The notes under the pieces are model-generated. The model was not told the origin of the DNA and did no database searches. It was given only the letters and a program-made list of their open reading frames with translations. DNA of 64,000 nt from a virus (taxonomy: Duplodnaviria > Caudoviricetes): positions 1 through 64,000 of the IMG/VR virus record IMGVR_UViG_3300028591_000103; one strand, written 5' to 3'. This document shows positions 40,439 through 50,461 of this stretch, piece after piece. Numbering within the stretch: the first letter of the stretch is position 1; each line of letters opens with the position of its first letter. Both the position numbers and the translations under genes were made by a program.

Positions 40439-41475
40439 CACCCTTCCGGAAGTGTAGCATTGCATCCCAACGGTACCAACGGAATTCTGACTTTCAGTAT
40501 CTGTGATAACATACGACCGAGTTCCGTTTGTAACTGCACAAGATGTTCACGAGTGTGAGGTACAATATACCGACAATCTTGTGTATCAATACATGTTAAA
40601 TAGAAATTCACAAGTTCCAATTTGGAACAAGTGTATCCAGCTATCATGGATTGATCGTTGACATCTTGAATGGCTCTGGATTCCATCTCAATATAAGCGA
40701 TAATATCATCAGGAATCGGTTTAAGACGTTTCGGTTTCTTTGAGAAGAATGCTTCCTCATATGTTTCATCATCACCGTAAGAATGACGATACTCTTCGTG
40801 TTCAGTATCGCCATCACCCATATCCATGTATTCATAGTCATCGTCATCAATGACTTCTTCATCATCCAGATCATGAATCTGTTTGAGTTCTTCTTTTGAA
40901 TCACGGACTTCGGCTTTCAGATCCTTGGGTAATGACTCGTGATCTCTGGCACCGAGATAATGATCAACCAGGTCATCAACTTCCTTGTCGTCTTCTGATT
41001 TACAACATTTCAGTTGATCCATGAATTGTTGACCATTCTGGATACCAGTCAAAGATATTTCAATCGTACCATCATCAGACATTCGTCCAATGATCCCTGA
41101 CAAGATGATTTTCAGATGTTTTGGTCCTTCAATACCATGACGAGTCATTGCATTGATCGGAACATTTGTCATTGTCAAACATTCCGCTTGGCGTTCAACA
41201 TCATCCGCATCATCGAATATGGTACCTTTTGCAATTGCTTCAGCAACGCTTTCCATCTGAATCTCCGAAACATCTTTCGGATATAACAAATGAATTTCAT
41301 CGTTGTTAGAATACACACGGACATCTGACCCAGTATAGGTCGATGCAACGACACGTTTATTCTTTGACGGATGTTTGATTTTCGCATATTCAGAAATCGC
41401 TTCAACTTTTCCACTCTTCAGAAATGCTTTAACCATATCACGTTCAAAACCATTCGTTAGCACACACTTCACCAT
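40438..41475 (-). CDS. Hypothetical virion protein
   Basis: 345 aa; acidic tract followed by YEEAF. Confidence 0.7.
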   Translation of the reverse strand: MVKCVLTNGFERDMVKAFLKSGKVEAISEYAKIKHPSKNKRVVASTYTGSDVRVYSNNDEIHLLYPKDVSEIQMESVAEAIAKGTIFDDADDVERQAECLTMTNVPINAMTRHGIEGPKHLKIILSGIIGRMSDDGTIEISLTGIQNGQQFMDQLKCCKSEDDKEVDDLVDHYLGARDHESLPKDLKAEVRDSKEELKQIHDLDDEEVIDDDDYEYMDMGDGDTEHEEYRHSYGDDETYEEAFFSKKPKRLKPIPDDIIAYIEMESRAIQDVNDQSMIAGYTCSKLELVNFYLTCIDTQDCRYIVPHTREHLVQLQTELGRMLSQILKVRIPLVPLGCNATLPEG

Positions 41476-41510
41476 CCTTTCTTGTAAATTTAATTTGGAG
41501 GTAATTTAAA

Positions 41511-42032
41511 ATGACTATTCAGATCAATAATCCGGCAATATGTATCGTGATCATCACGTTACTCGCATTATCCACAATCGTATGTGGAATCATACTATTT
41601 GTAGTATGTCGATCCATGAAACGAATTCGTCGACAATTAGACGAAACAAATCGTTTGTTGTATTTCAATCATATTGGATATCGAAATACATCACAAGCAA
41701 TCGTTGATACACAATATCAGATGGAACTGATTTATGATCAATTGGAAACATTGTCAACGAATCTTCATATACATATTGAGACCGAAGAGAATAAATCTAA
41801 TAGAAAGATTTATCCAAGACCTGATATGGTCAAACAAATCACTTCGACAATTCTCGAACAGTTCGATACATTTTGGACATTGTCCAGGAATTTGAAAGCT
41901 CCGTCGAATGATTATCTAGATACAATCACATTGAATGTGATGAATACATATCCAGAAATAGAACCTCAATACATTATAAACAAATGCATTGCAATCACGC
42001 AACAAAAGCTTGATCAAATCGGATCGGAATGA
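41511..42032 (+). CDS. Membrane-anchored hypothetical protein
   Basis: 173 aa; GGAGG RBS; N-terminal hydrophobic helix followed by basic residues. Confidence 0.7.
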   Translation: MTIQINNPAICIVIITLLALSTIVCGIILFVVCRSMKRIRRQLDETNRLLYFNHIGYRNTSQAIVDTQYQMELIYDQLETLSTNLHIHIETEENKSNRKIYPRPDMVKQITSTILEQFDTFWTLSRNLKAPSNDYLDTITLNVMNTYPEIEPQYIINKCIAITQQKLDQIGSE

Positions 42033-42041
42033 TAAATGATT

Positions 42042-42068
42042 GATGGCGGGGGATATCCCCCGCCATCA
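42042..42068. terminator. Bidirectional terminator
   Basis: tgatggcgggg gatat ccccCgccatca between convergent genes, downstream of the capsid gene. Confidence 0.8.
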
Positions 42069-42100
42069 TCACTTCAGGCGTTTGTTTGCCGGAGATTATA

Positions 42101-44362
42101 TTAGTCCTTGCTGTAATACTTGTTAGCAGCCCATGCCGGAGCAACACCAGTAACTGCAGTACGCTCACCTTCCTCGGTGTCAGCGACGAAGTAGGTGCTG
42201 TACGTGGTTGCCCAGTCAGCCGGCTGAGTCTGGATTGCAGTACCACCGGTTGCAGCGGTGAAGTAGAACTTGGAGGTATCGAACTGAGGAGCAACCGCAG
42301 TCACAGCCTCCATTGCAGTGCCACCAGCGTTCAGCTGATAGTAGTTGCCATAGGTGGTTGCCCAGTTATCCGGCTCAGAAGTGGTAACGGTGTAACCCTC
42401 AGTCGGATCGACCGGAGTATCACCACCAGCGACCGGACCAGCGTTGGAATCCGGAACCAGAACAGTGTTCTTGCAGATGACGCGACCCTGGATACCCTGG
42501 ATAGCGATCGTTCTGTACTGGCTGGAAGTGGTGACGATAACTGCTGCGCCGCCAGGATTCTGAGCATCAGCATATGCTGCGTTCTCCGGAGAATTGGTGA
42601 GGTGACGAGCGAAGCGGAGGTGCTTGTAGGAGATGTGGAACTTGTCCATCGGATATGCCACGATCTTGAAGAAGTATTCGCGGGACACATCACCCTCCTG
42701 ATGCTTCTCCTGATATGCCGGAATGGTGATGTATGCATCAACACGGTTGGAGGATACAACACGGATCGGAACATCAGTATCAGTGAGCACACCGAATGCG
42801 TGGTTCATCATGACACCGCCGATTTCGGTAGACTTCTGAACAGTCCATGTGGTGAACTTCTGGAGCAGACGAGCTGCCTTCGGGTTCGCATAGATAACGA
42901 AGCCGAGGTTGTCCAGCTTGCCCTTGTCGCAGAGCTCGTAGATAACAGAAGCGATTGCGTTGTGAATTGCATTCGTTCTGTACTCCCACGGATCGCCGGC
43001 GAAGTTCGGAGAAATCGCAGTCGGATCGAGATCGACATACTCGGTAGCAGTATAGGACTCGAGAGCCCAGATGTCGGTCTCAGTGCCGTCGTACTTTGCG
43101 AACTCCTCATCGAGGTACTGGAGAATGTACTCGTCTTCGAACATTTCCTGAGCAGTTACGAGCTCCTGAACGAGACGATTGTAGAGGTTGAAGTTCAGAG
43201 AAGAATTCGCTTCAGCAAAGTCCTCAACAGTAAACGGAAGCTGGAAGCGAACGCCGTCTGCGATTGTGAACTTGCGGATTTCCGGATACTCGCGGAAACC
43301 GATGGTTCTGAGGTTGGTCTCATTGGAGACGTGACCAGATACATAGATACCGGTAATAGTACCACAGGAAGTAGCGGTAATGGTACCCTTGATGAAGTCG
43401 ATGACACCAGAGAGACGATCTGCAACGCCGGTAACAGTTTCGCCGGTAGGCTTGTTGTTTGCATCAACAACAGTCAGCTTCATATCAGCTGTGATACCAC
43501 CGTTCAGGAACACACCACCGGTCTGGATATCAATCTGGATACCACCGTGCGGCAGGCGAACCTTCTTGCCGTCGATCTCAACATACTGAATGCCGAAGTC
43601 ATAGGACAGACGAGTACGAACGTTCGGAGTGATGGTGGTCGGATCACCATTGTCATCCAGCAGCCAGTTGAAGAGAGAATACTTCTTGTTGGTTGCAGCC
43701 TGGATGGTAGAAAGCGGGAGGACAGTGTTCTCATTGAGACGCAGGCCCTTACCAGCATTCCACAGCTTCTTCCACAGCGGCTGACCATCGTCATCCTTCT
43801 GGAAGTAGATTGCCGGGGTCTCATACTCCTCACCAGTCTGGTTGTTGACCAGATACTTGATGAAGATTCTCTGCTCAATGTTCACAGAGGAAGCGGTCTG
43901 GACCGGAATGATGTCCTTACCGAGGAAACGGATGTACTGCTTGATCAGCGCCGGGAAGTCCAGGGTGGACAGCGGCAGATAGTTAGCAACGTTGTAAGAC
44001 TCCTGGATCAGGAATGACTGCTTAGAAGCATCCCATGCGTTCTCCAGCTGATCTGCAACCTGCTCGAGGTGAACGCGCATTGCCGGCTCATTGGTCGGAT
44101 AAGAACGGAGCTCTTCGAGAACCGGCTCGAGCAGAAGGGTCTTATACTCGGTCATGATCTCATCAGAATCCATCATGCGCTTTGCTTCCTTCATAACGTC
44201 GACACCCATCTTGGATCTCATTGTGCCGACGACCTGCTCGAAGTGATCATCGAATCCATCGCGAAGACCGCGGAGCTCAGACTCAGAAGCATTGTTGACA
44301 AGGCTTTGCTGTTCCTGGAACCAGCTATCGTGGGTACCAGCACCATTACGTCTGAATGCCAT
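42101..44362 (-). CDS. Major capsid protein precursor with C-terminal repeat extension
   Basis: 753 aa from ATG 44362 (AAAGGAG RBS); most biased codon usage in the window; LIQE|S propeptide site; near the prohead protease; size typical of phiKZ/AR9-type MCPs. Confidence 0.8.
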   Translation of the reverse strand: MAFRRNGAGTHDSWFQEQQSLVNNASESELRGLRDGFDDHFEQVVGTMRSKMGVDVMKEAKRMMDSDEIMTEYKTLLLEPVLEELRSYPTNEPAMRVHLEQVADQLENAWDASKQSFLIQESYNVANYLPLSTLDFPALIKQYIRFLGKDIIPVQTASSVNIEQRIFIKYLVNNQTGEEYETPAIYFQKDDDGQPLWKKLWNAGKGLRLNENTVLPLSTIQAATNKKYSLFNWLLDDNGDPTTITPNVRTRLSYDFGIQYVEIDGKKVRLPHGGIQIDIQTGGVFLNGGITADMKLTVVDANNKPTGETVTGVADRLSGVIDFIKGTITATSCGTITGIYVSGHVSNETNLRTIGFREYPEIRKFTIADGVRFQLPFTVEDFAEANSSLNFNLYNRLVQELVTAQEMFEDEYILQYLDEEFAKYDGTETDIWALESYTATEYVDLDPTAISPNFAGDPWEYRTNAIHNAIASVIYELCDKGKLDNLGFVIYANPKAARLLQKFTTWTVQKSTEIGGVMMNHAFGVLTDTDVPIRVVSSNRVDAYITIPAYQEKHQEGDVSREYFFKIVAYPMDKFHISYKHLRFARHLTNSPENAAYADAQNPGGAAVIVTTSSQYRTIAIQGIQGRVICKNTVLVPDSNAGPVAGGDTPVDPTEGYTVTTSEPDNWATTYGNYYQLNAGGTAMEAVTAVAPQFDTSKFYFTAATGGTAIQTQPADWATTYSTYFVADTEEGERTAVTGVAPAWAANKYYSKD

Positions 44363-44430
44363 AATTGATACAACTCCTTTATTATTATTTGATTTTGGTG
44401 TTGAGTAACTCAACAAAAGTTTTGGGCTTG

Positions 44431-45018
44431 TTATTCAGAATCTTTCTGAAACTTCTTCAAAACCGAATCGATTTCATTCTGCAACAAGGTGTACAGACTA
44501 TCGAGTTTCTGATAGAAAAGCAGATTCTCGCCGTAGCCCATGTTCACAAATTTATTCAGTGCATATTCCTGACCATTTGTGAGTGCTCGTTTCAATCGAT
44601 TGATTGATTTGTCGTTCTGAACAACGACATCGTTCGGGAGTACGGGCATAATAGCTTGCAGGTTATTCAAAGTCTCCTCGATTTCAGAGTTTCGTGTCAA
44701 CAACTGTTGATACAATTGCTGATTCAATACATCATTCACTTTCTTTGTGATATGATGATTGGTCGGATCCTCTTGATCTTGTTGACCTTCATCACCTGTA
44801 GCTTCATCCTCACCCCCGGTTTCATCGAAGCTAAGATCTTCCATTTCACCACCTGCATCAGGTGGTAGATCCGTCGCCTCCATGTCTGCCGGTGGTTGTT
44901 CACCTGTTGGACCTTGTTGCTGTTCTGGCATATCAGCAGCAGGCTCATCCGGTGGTGTGAATGGTTCCAGCAAATCTCCTTCTGCCTCCATGACAGTATA
45001 GAACAAGTTCATTCCCAT
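44431..45018 (-). CDS. Head/scaffold-like protein
   Basis: 195 aa; VMEAE motif, acidic N-half and helical C-half; directly upstream of the MCP. Confidence 0.65.
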   Translation of the reverse strand: MGMNLFYTVMEAEGDLLEPFTPPDEPAADMPEQQQGPTGEQPPADMEATDLPPDAGGEMEDLSFDETGGEDEATGDEGQQDQEDPTNHHITKKVNDVLNQQLYQQLLTRNSEIEETLNNLQAIMPVLPNDVVVQNDKSINRLKRALTNGQEYALNKFVNMGYGENLLFYQKLDSLYTLLQNEIDSVLKKFQKDSE

Positions 45019-45039
45019 TTAGAACAATCACCTCTCTTG

Positions 45040-48000
45040 TTAGTAAACCGTCGACGCCAAAGAGAACTTGCGTCTCTGATTATCCGTTCCCATCTGAACG
45101 AGCTTTTGACGCATACGCATCAGCTTGTAAATTTCCTCTTGTGCAGAATCGTCATCACCATAACGACTTTTCGCTTTCAGGTTCTCGATTTTATCATCGA
45201 TGATCCGAATCTCGGTTGCGATCTCAGCGTCAGCTTCCTTGCGGAGGCGTTCTTTGTCTCCATGTCTCAGCGCTAGATGTGCGCCATATGCAATACCGAG
45301 ATATGGTGAAATATACGTAAAGATTGCAAGCTTACCAGTTTTCAATGCAATACGTGCGACTTTGTACAATGCGGAACGATAAGAAGGATTCTCGGTGAGC
45401 TCTTTCTTGACTTGGTTCTCATCTCTCTTAATGAGAGAATCAATGAACTTTGTCAACCAGTTCTTTGTACGTGATACCGGTTTAGCAATTTCTCTGCCGG
45501 TGTTCGTAAGTTTCTGTACACCGCGTTCCAGTTTCTGCTTAGTAGAAACAGTGGATTGATTGTCAGACATCGCGTCTGTCAATACATCATTACCAGCAGC
45601 CGATTCGACAAATAGGGGCTCTTCAGATGTAAGAAGTGCGAACACTTCTTGGACAGATTTTCCAGTGGAAAAAGTGTTTTCATCCTTAGAATTTGAAGAA
45701 GGTCTGGTATTATCATAATTGTTTGTTGGTGTTATTTTAGCACCACTGTTTGTCCGCTTATTTGTGGACAAATCATTGCTGGTCGATGATACTTGTGAAG
45801 TATTGTTCTTAACGTCAGACTTACCAGTTGAATGATCGTCAGTGGTGACATTCGATGTATTGTGGGAATTCGTATAGTTGTTCGTAATATTGTAAACAAC
45901 CGTTCCCTTTCCACCATTGCTCGAATTATCGATATTACCATTATAACCGGCACCAAGCATATCTCCAAGAGAATCTGCATTCGGATCATTCAGACGAGTA
46001 TCAATCGAATCTGCGAGATCATCAGGATCGTTCATCGGAACATCCGGAGGAAGTTGTGCATCGGTTACTGTCGGCTTCTTCTTTTTATCACCTTTTGCAT
46101 TATCCGCTTTGATTCTGTCTTTCAGGTACGCTGGCATATCACCAGTTTCCTGTTCTGTAACAGATTCAACATCTGTATCAGATGTATCATCAGCATCGGC
46201 ATCGGATAATTCTGAATCAGTAGGAGGATCCATGTCAACACCGTCTTCGGTTTTGAAGGTTGGTGTATCTCCACATTCCTCAACATCGTCGACTTTCTCG
46301 GTTTCTTCTTCCGGTTCATCTTCTTCAGTCGAAGGTTTGCCCTCCCAATCATCGAGATGTTCCAGAAGTGTATTTGTATCCGGTTCGAATGGTTTCAAAT
46401 CAGACATAAAGAGATTATCCATATTGAATGGATTATCAGAAACGAGAATCGTGCCATCCGCCGCATTCAGCCAAAGAACGTTGATTGAATCAGGATCGGA
46501 ATCATCATATGACTTTCCGTCAGGCATATATTCTGCAAACATCAAGACTTTGTTCTGCATGGAGAACTTACCGACATCCTCGGTATATTTGATACAGGCC
46601 AGAATATCGCCCCATCCAAATACATGACCGAGGCATCCACCCTTATCATATCCGATCGAAGTTAGCTTCTTCGGTACAGAATTAATGAACTGGATGAATT
46701 CCTTCGGGAGATGTTCTTGCATGTAACGTTCAATCTGAATGATCTTCTTCTTGGAAGATTTTTCCTTCAGTTTTGAAATAACACCTTCCTGAACAAATTC
46801 CTCATCATCATCCTTGAACAGATCATGGGATTCGCCGATATATCTGTCAATCAGGATTGGTGATATACCTTTATTATACAATGCATCGCCGAGAGTTGCG
46901 ATATCATTGTATACAGCGTCTTGCAACTGTTCACAGTACATCAGATCCGAAATTGATACATCCCCGAATTCCTTCAGGGTTTCAATCACAGATTCAGCCA
47001 CCTGATCAGAGCCCTCGACCGTTTCTTTTACTTCTTTCTTCTTCTGATATGGATTTGATGCACGGGAATTCTTGTTGACTCTTGCACGAATCGCTTTCAC
47101 GAATTCATCCTCGGAAGAATATTCTTTCGAAATCGGAGAGTCCTGTGAATTCGTGGCCAAACCATACATGAGATCGAAATAAATTCTGGAATCAAAGATA
47201 TTGAATACAGTGAGAAGTGTGTTGTTCATGATCACAGCATTCTCATCATTGATCAGATTCAGTTTCAAGAAGTCTTCGATAAATTTGATTGTGCCTTCCT
47301 TATCCGTCTTGAATGTGGAGAACAAATCGATTCTTTCGAAACGCTTTGCTCCATTATTCTTCGTCGAGATTGATCTGTATGATGCCAGATAATCACTCAT
47401 TGCTTCTGTACCGAGAACTCGCTTTGGATATTTCTTGGGGTTATCGAATACACGAAGAAGAATGCACGGAATCACATTATTCGCAAGCATGTCGACATTG
47501 TAGTCTGCTTTTGAGAATAATTCCATGAGATCATCTGTTGTATCACATTTCCGAAGATCCGAGATGATCTTATTGACAAGGCTTTCGAATTTCTTGGAGA
47601 TCTTCCATTTGCAAGAACCGTTTTTCGAATGACATTCAAACTGAATTTCATTCGGGGTTCTGTTCTGGAAATAGTTTGCAGTTGCAGCTTCCTGAACAGT
47701 TTCATCCACAACAACTTCCGCATCCGGAATATCAGTGAATGTCTGGAATCTCTGCACTTCGGTTTCCTGCTGAAGATCTTCGGGAAGTTTGATCTGATCA
47801 TTATCGAAAATGCTTCCGATATAATCAGCTGCATCAAACAACTTATACTCTCCAGGGAATTTCTCAATCTGATCAAGCTCCGGAAGCGGGATCGGAGATG
47901 TGAAGAGTTGAATTGCATCACGATACTGACTCGGTTTGGTGAACAGCTCGAATGAATAAACACCATTCAGCAGCTGATCAAACTTGTCAAAGTGATCTGC

Positions 48001-49041
48001 AATGAATTGAAGGACTTTGAATCCAACAAATGCATGGAACATATCCGTTGCAACTTTGTTTTCATCAGAGAAAATCTTGGACCAAGCAGAATCTTGGTTG
48101 ACTTGTTCAACAGGCTGAATTTCTTCAGCAGCTTCTGTAGTGACTTTCTCTTCACCTTTTTCCTTCGGAGCAGAATCCTTAATCACAAGCATAAATGCAC
48201 GAGTATCTTCCTCGAACTTATCACAATACTTCTTGATGTTCTCAATTTCTTCTTTTGTGATAAATTTCTGAGTATCGTTATTCACTTCCGGAATCTCGAT
48301 CGTTTCATTGAGCTCTTTAATAGAATCAATGTACTTATCGTATTCCTGAGTGAAGGCCTCGTACACAGCAGTCTTTGCTGATTTAGATTCCTCGAGGATA
48401 TCTTTCAATTCACCGATCAGTTTCTTAAACTTTTCGATGTAACCAGTCAGATCCACCTGGTTCCAGAACCAATCATGAGATTTATCAGAATCTTCTGGTT
48501 CATCAAAACTCCATGATGATTGAAGTACCGGGCAGTTCTTAATAGTATCAACAGTTCTGGTTATCAGCTTAGCTTTTGTGAACATTCTCTTGTCGAGGTC
48601 CTTCACATGCTTTTTCTTGGAAATAGATTTTCCAATACCAGCAACAATTGCTGAACCGGCTCCGATAATAGCACATGTTGCAATCAGTTCAATCAATGTG
48701 AATTCCTGAACAACATCTTCGTCTCCACCATCATCAGAATCATCCTCTTCTTTGACAGCTTCGATAGGCTTCTCGACAGCTTCATTTCCTTTGATAAACG
48801 CTTTGAGATTCTCCAGAGTCTCAACCGCTTTTTGTGGATTTTCAACCCATTCGGGTTCCACGTTGTTCAACCACGACAATGTCCGAGAAACAATGCGATC
48901 CAATTGGAAATCATCATTCACAACCGGAAACGCCTTTGTCTTGAAACTGGATGCAAAGAAATTGTTCATTGCATCAATTGCGACACGGATATTGTCGAAG
49001 TATGTCTTTTTAATGACAATCTGCATGTTTATCATCACCAT
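45040..49041 (-). CDS. Large multidomain internal head protein (probably processed; start may be 49035 or 49026)
   Basis: 1333 aa; multiple VQE/VES motifs separating domains, including a pilin-like segment and a SUKH-like segment. Confidence 0.75.
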   Translation of the reverse strand: MVMINMQIVIKKTYFDNIRVAIDAMNNFFASSFKTKAFPVVNDDFQLDRIVSRTLSWLNNVEPEWVENPQKAVETLENLKAFIKGNEAVEKPIEAVKEEDDSDDGGDEDVVQEFTLIELIATCAIIGAGSAIVAGIGKSISKKKHVKDLDKRMFTKAKLITRTVDTIKNCPVLQSSWSFDEPEDSDKSHDWFWNQVDLTGYIEKFKKLIGELKDILEESKSAKTAVYEAFTQEYDKYIDSIKELNETIEIPEVNNDTQKFITKEEIENIKKYCDKFEEDTRAFMLVIKDSAPKEKGEEKVTTEAAEEIQPVEQVNQDSAWSKIFSDENKVATDMFHAFVGFKVLQFIADHFDKFDQLLNGVYSFELFTKPSQYRDAIQLFTSPIPLPELDQIEKFPGEYKLFDAADYIGSIFDNDQIKLPEDLQQETEVQRFQTFTDIPDAEVVVDETVQEAATANYFQNRTPNEIQFECHSKNGSCKWKISKKFESLVNKIISDLRKCDTTDDLMELFSKADYNVDMLANNVIPCILLRVFDNPKKYPKRVLGTEAMSDYLASYRSISTKNNGAKRFERIDLFSTFKTDKEGTIKFIEDFLKLNLINDENAVIMNNTLLTVFNIFDSRIYFDLMYGLATNSQDSPISKEYSSEDEFVKAIRARVNKNSRASNPYQKKKEVKETVEGSDQVAESVIETLKEFGDVSISDLMYCEQLQDAVYNDIATLGDALYNKGISPILIDRYIGESHDLFKDDDEEFVQEGVISKLKEKSSKKKIIQIERYMQEHLPKEFIQFINSVPKKLTSIGYDKGGCLGHVFGWGDILACIKYTEDVGKFSMQNKVLMFAEYMPDGKSYDDSDPDSINVLWLNAADGTILVSDNPFNMDNLFMSDLKPFEPDTNTLLEHLDDWEGKPSTEEDEPEEETEKVDDVEECGDTPTFKTEDGVDMDPPTDSELSDADADDTSDTDVESVTEQETGDMPAYLKDRIKADNAKGDKKKKPTVTDAQLPPDVPMNDPDDLADSIDTRLNDPNADSLGDMLGAGYNGNIDNSSNGGKGTVVYNITNNYTNSHNTSNVTTDDHSTGKSDVKNNTSQVSSTSNDLSTNKRTNSGAKITPTNNYDNTRPSSNSKDENTFSTGKSVQEVFALLTSEEPLFVESAAGNDVLTDAMSDNQSTVSTKQKLERGVQKLTNTGREIAKPVSRTKNWLTKFIDSLIKRDENQVKKELTENPSYRSALYKVARIALKTGKLAIFTYISPYLGIAYGAHLALRHGDKERLRKEADAEIATEIRIIDDKIENLKAKSRYGDDDSAQEEIYKLMRMRQKLVQMGTDNQRRKFSLASTVY

Positions 49042-49065
49042 CCTCTTCGTGATTTTAGAATGTCA

Positions 49066-49557
49066 TTAATCGTATTCATACTTGTATCTGATACGAGTAT
49101 ACAATTTTCCAAGTTGATCATAAGTGATGCCTATGATAACTGGAGACATGTCCATGTGATATTCAAGCGTTTCTGTTCCTTCCACACGGATAATCATCGC
49201 CTGTTGTCCATCTGCGGTAATATCATGAAAAACTTGAATATCGATTCCGGTATAATTTAACCGATTCAATTGATCCGTTAATTTTGACTTGATTGTCATT
49301 GGAATATTTGGATCATCTGAATACTCGTGCAAATACTGTTCAACATCGATCCCCAGTTCGGGGATCGAAGGAAATTGTCCAGGTTTCATTTTCAACAATG
49401 TAAGAATCGCGTTAATACACATTTCAAATGTGGACAATACTTTTGGTTTGTACATCTCATCAACATCGAAGGATACATCATACCCGAGGGTCTGGAAACT
49501 CCTCGGGTATTTGTATGAAACTTCTGCCAATGTGATGCCACGCGGATCTAACGCCAT
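49066..49557 (-). CDS. Baseplate protein, gp25/GPW-like
   Basis: NAILTLLKMKPGQFPSIPELGIDVEQYLHE motif. Confidence 0.75.
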   Translation of the reverse strand: MALDPRGITLAEVSYKYPRSFQTLGYDVSFDVDEMYKPKVLSTFEMCINAILTLLKMKPGQFPSIPELGIDVEQYLHEYSDDPNIPMTIKSKLTDQLNRLNYTGIDIQVFHDITADGQQAMIIRVEGTETLEYHMDMSPVIIGITYDQLGKLYTRIRYKYEYD

Positions 49558-49578
49558 GATATCACCCCAATGGTAGAA

Positions 49579-50442
49579 TTAGCCAAGAAGGATGTTCAAT
49601 GCTTCACGACGAACATCACCACGAAGCGGAATCATCATTCTGCATCCATCAGATTGCTCAACAACAATCGATTCATTCTGAATACCCATCAGCTCTTCTG
49701 TAGAAATCTGGAAAGATTCACAAACAACCTTCAAGTCTTCAGATTGATCCTTGCAGTATTTTGCAAGCTCTTTCAGGAATACAACACGTCCTTCATCCAC
49801 TGCAGATTCCTGATGGATAATCGGAGCAATATCTCCGTCCGCATTCTCATGTGACGGGAAATCAACCATGTCGTATGTGATAACTTTCGTTACACGCATA
49901 TTCGGCTGATTCATTGGTGCATTCGGTATCATGGTTCCCAACAATCTTACCGAGAATGATGGGACCGAACCAAGATCCACAATTTCTTCAGTTGCACCAC
50001 GTCCACATTCAAATCCCGGATCGGTTGTGATGATTGCTTTGTAACGATCACCCACAAGACGATTTCCGCGAATCATATGTGAAGTACGAGTTTGTTCAGG
50101 AATTGTCATTCTGATATCAGAATATCGTTGTCCAGCAATATCCGGATTCGGATGATTCAATTCTCCACGCCATTTATTTTGACGCTTCAGCGTTGTGATA
50201 CGCTCATCATTGTCGATGACACTACAGAGATTGACGGGATCATATCTACGTCTCATTCTGTTATAGCAGTTGAACGTTTGCAGAGTTGCATCAAATTCAA
50301 CATACGCATGTCCGTTGACAGAACGGAATAACTTGAAACCGCGCGGATCAACCTTATAGCTTACAAGTTCACAATCCTGAGGAGACTCCTGAACAAAACA
50401 AGCAGTTTCGTACTTGTTCGTTTGTGTACTCTTCAAAGGCAT
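49579..50442 (-). CDS. Prohead maturation protease (T4 gp21-type serine protease)
   Basis: WRGELNHP, SHMI, PSFSVRLLG, ITYDMVDFPSHENA motifs. Confidence 0.9.
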   Translation of the reverse strand: MPLKSTQTNKYETACFVQESPQDCELVSYKVDPRGFKLFRSVNGHAYVEFDATLQTFNCYNRMRRRYDPVNLCSVIDNDERITTLKRQNKWRGELNHPNPDIAGQRYSDIRMTIPEQTRTSHMIRGNRLVGDRYKAIITTDPGFECGRGATEEIVDLGSVPSFSVRLLGTMIPNAPMNQPNMRVTKVITYDMVDFPSHENADGDIAPIIHQESAVDEGRVVFLKELAKYCKDQSEDLKVVCESFQISTEELMGIQNESIVVEQSDGCRMMIPLRGDVRREALNILLG

Positions 50443-50461
50443 ATTCAAACACTCTCCTTTC

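Noticed and set aside
41511-42032. Holin assignment
   Set aside because: A single N-terminal TM helix and no linkage to lysins is insufficient support.
42086-44017. 643-aa + strand ORF
   Set aside because: Antisense shadow of the codon-biased major capsid gene; no RBS or protein-like motifs.
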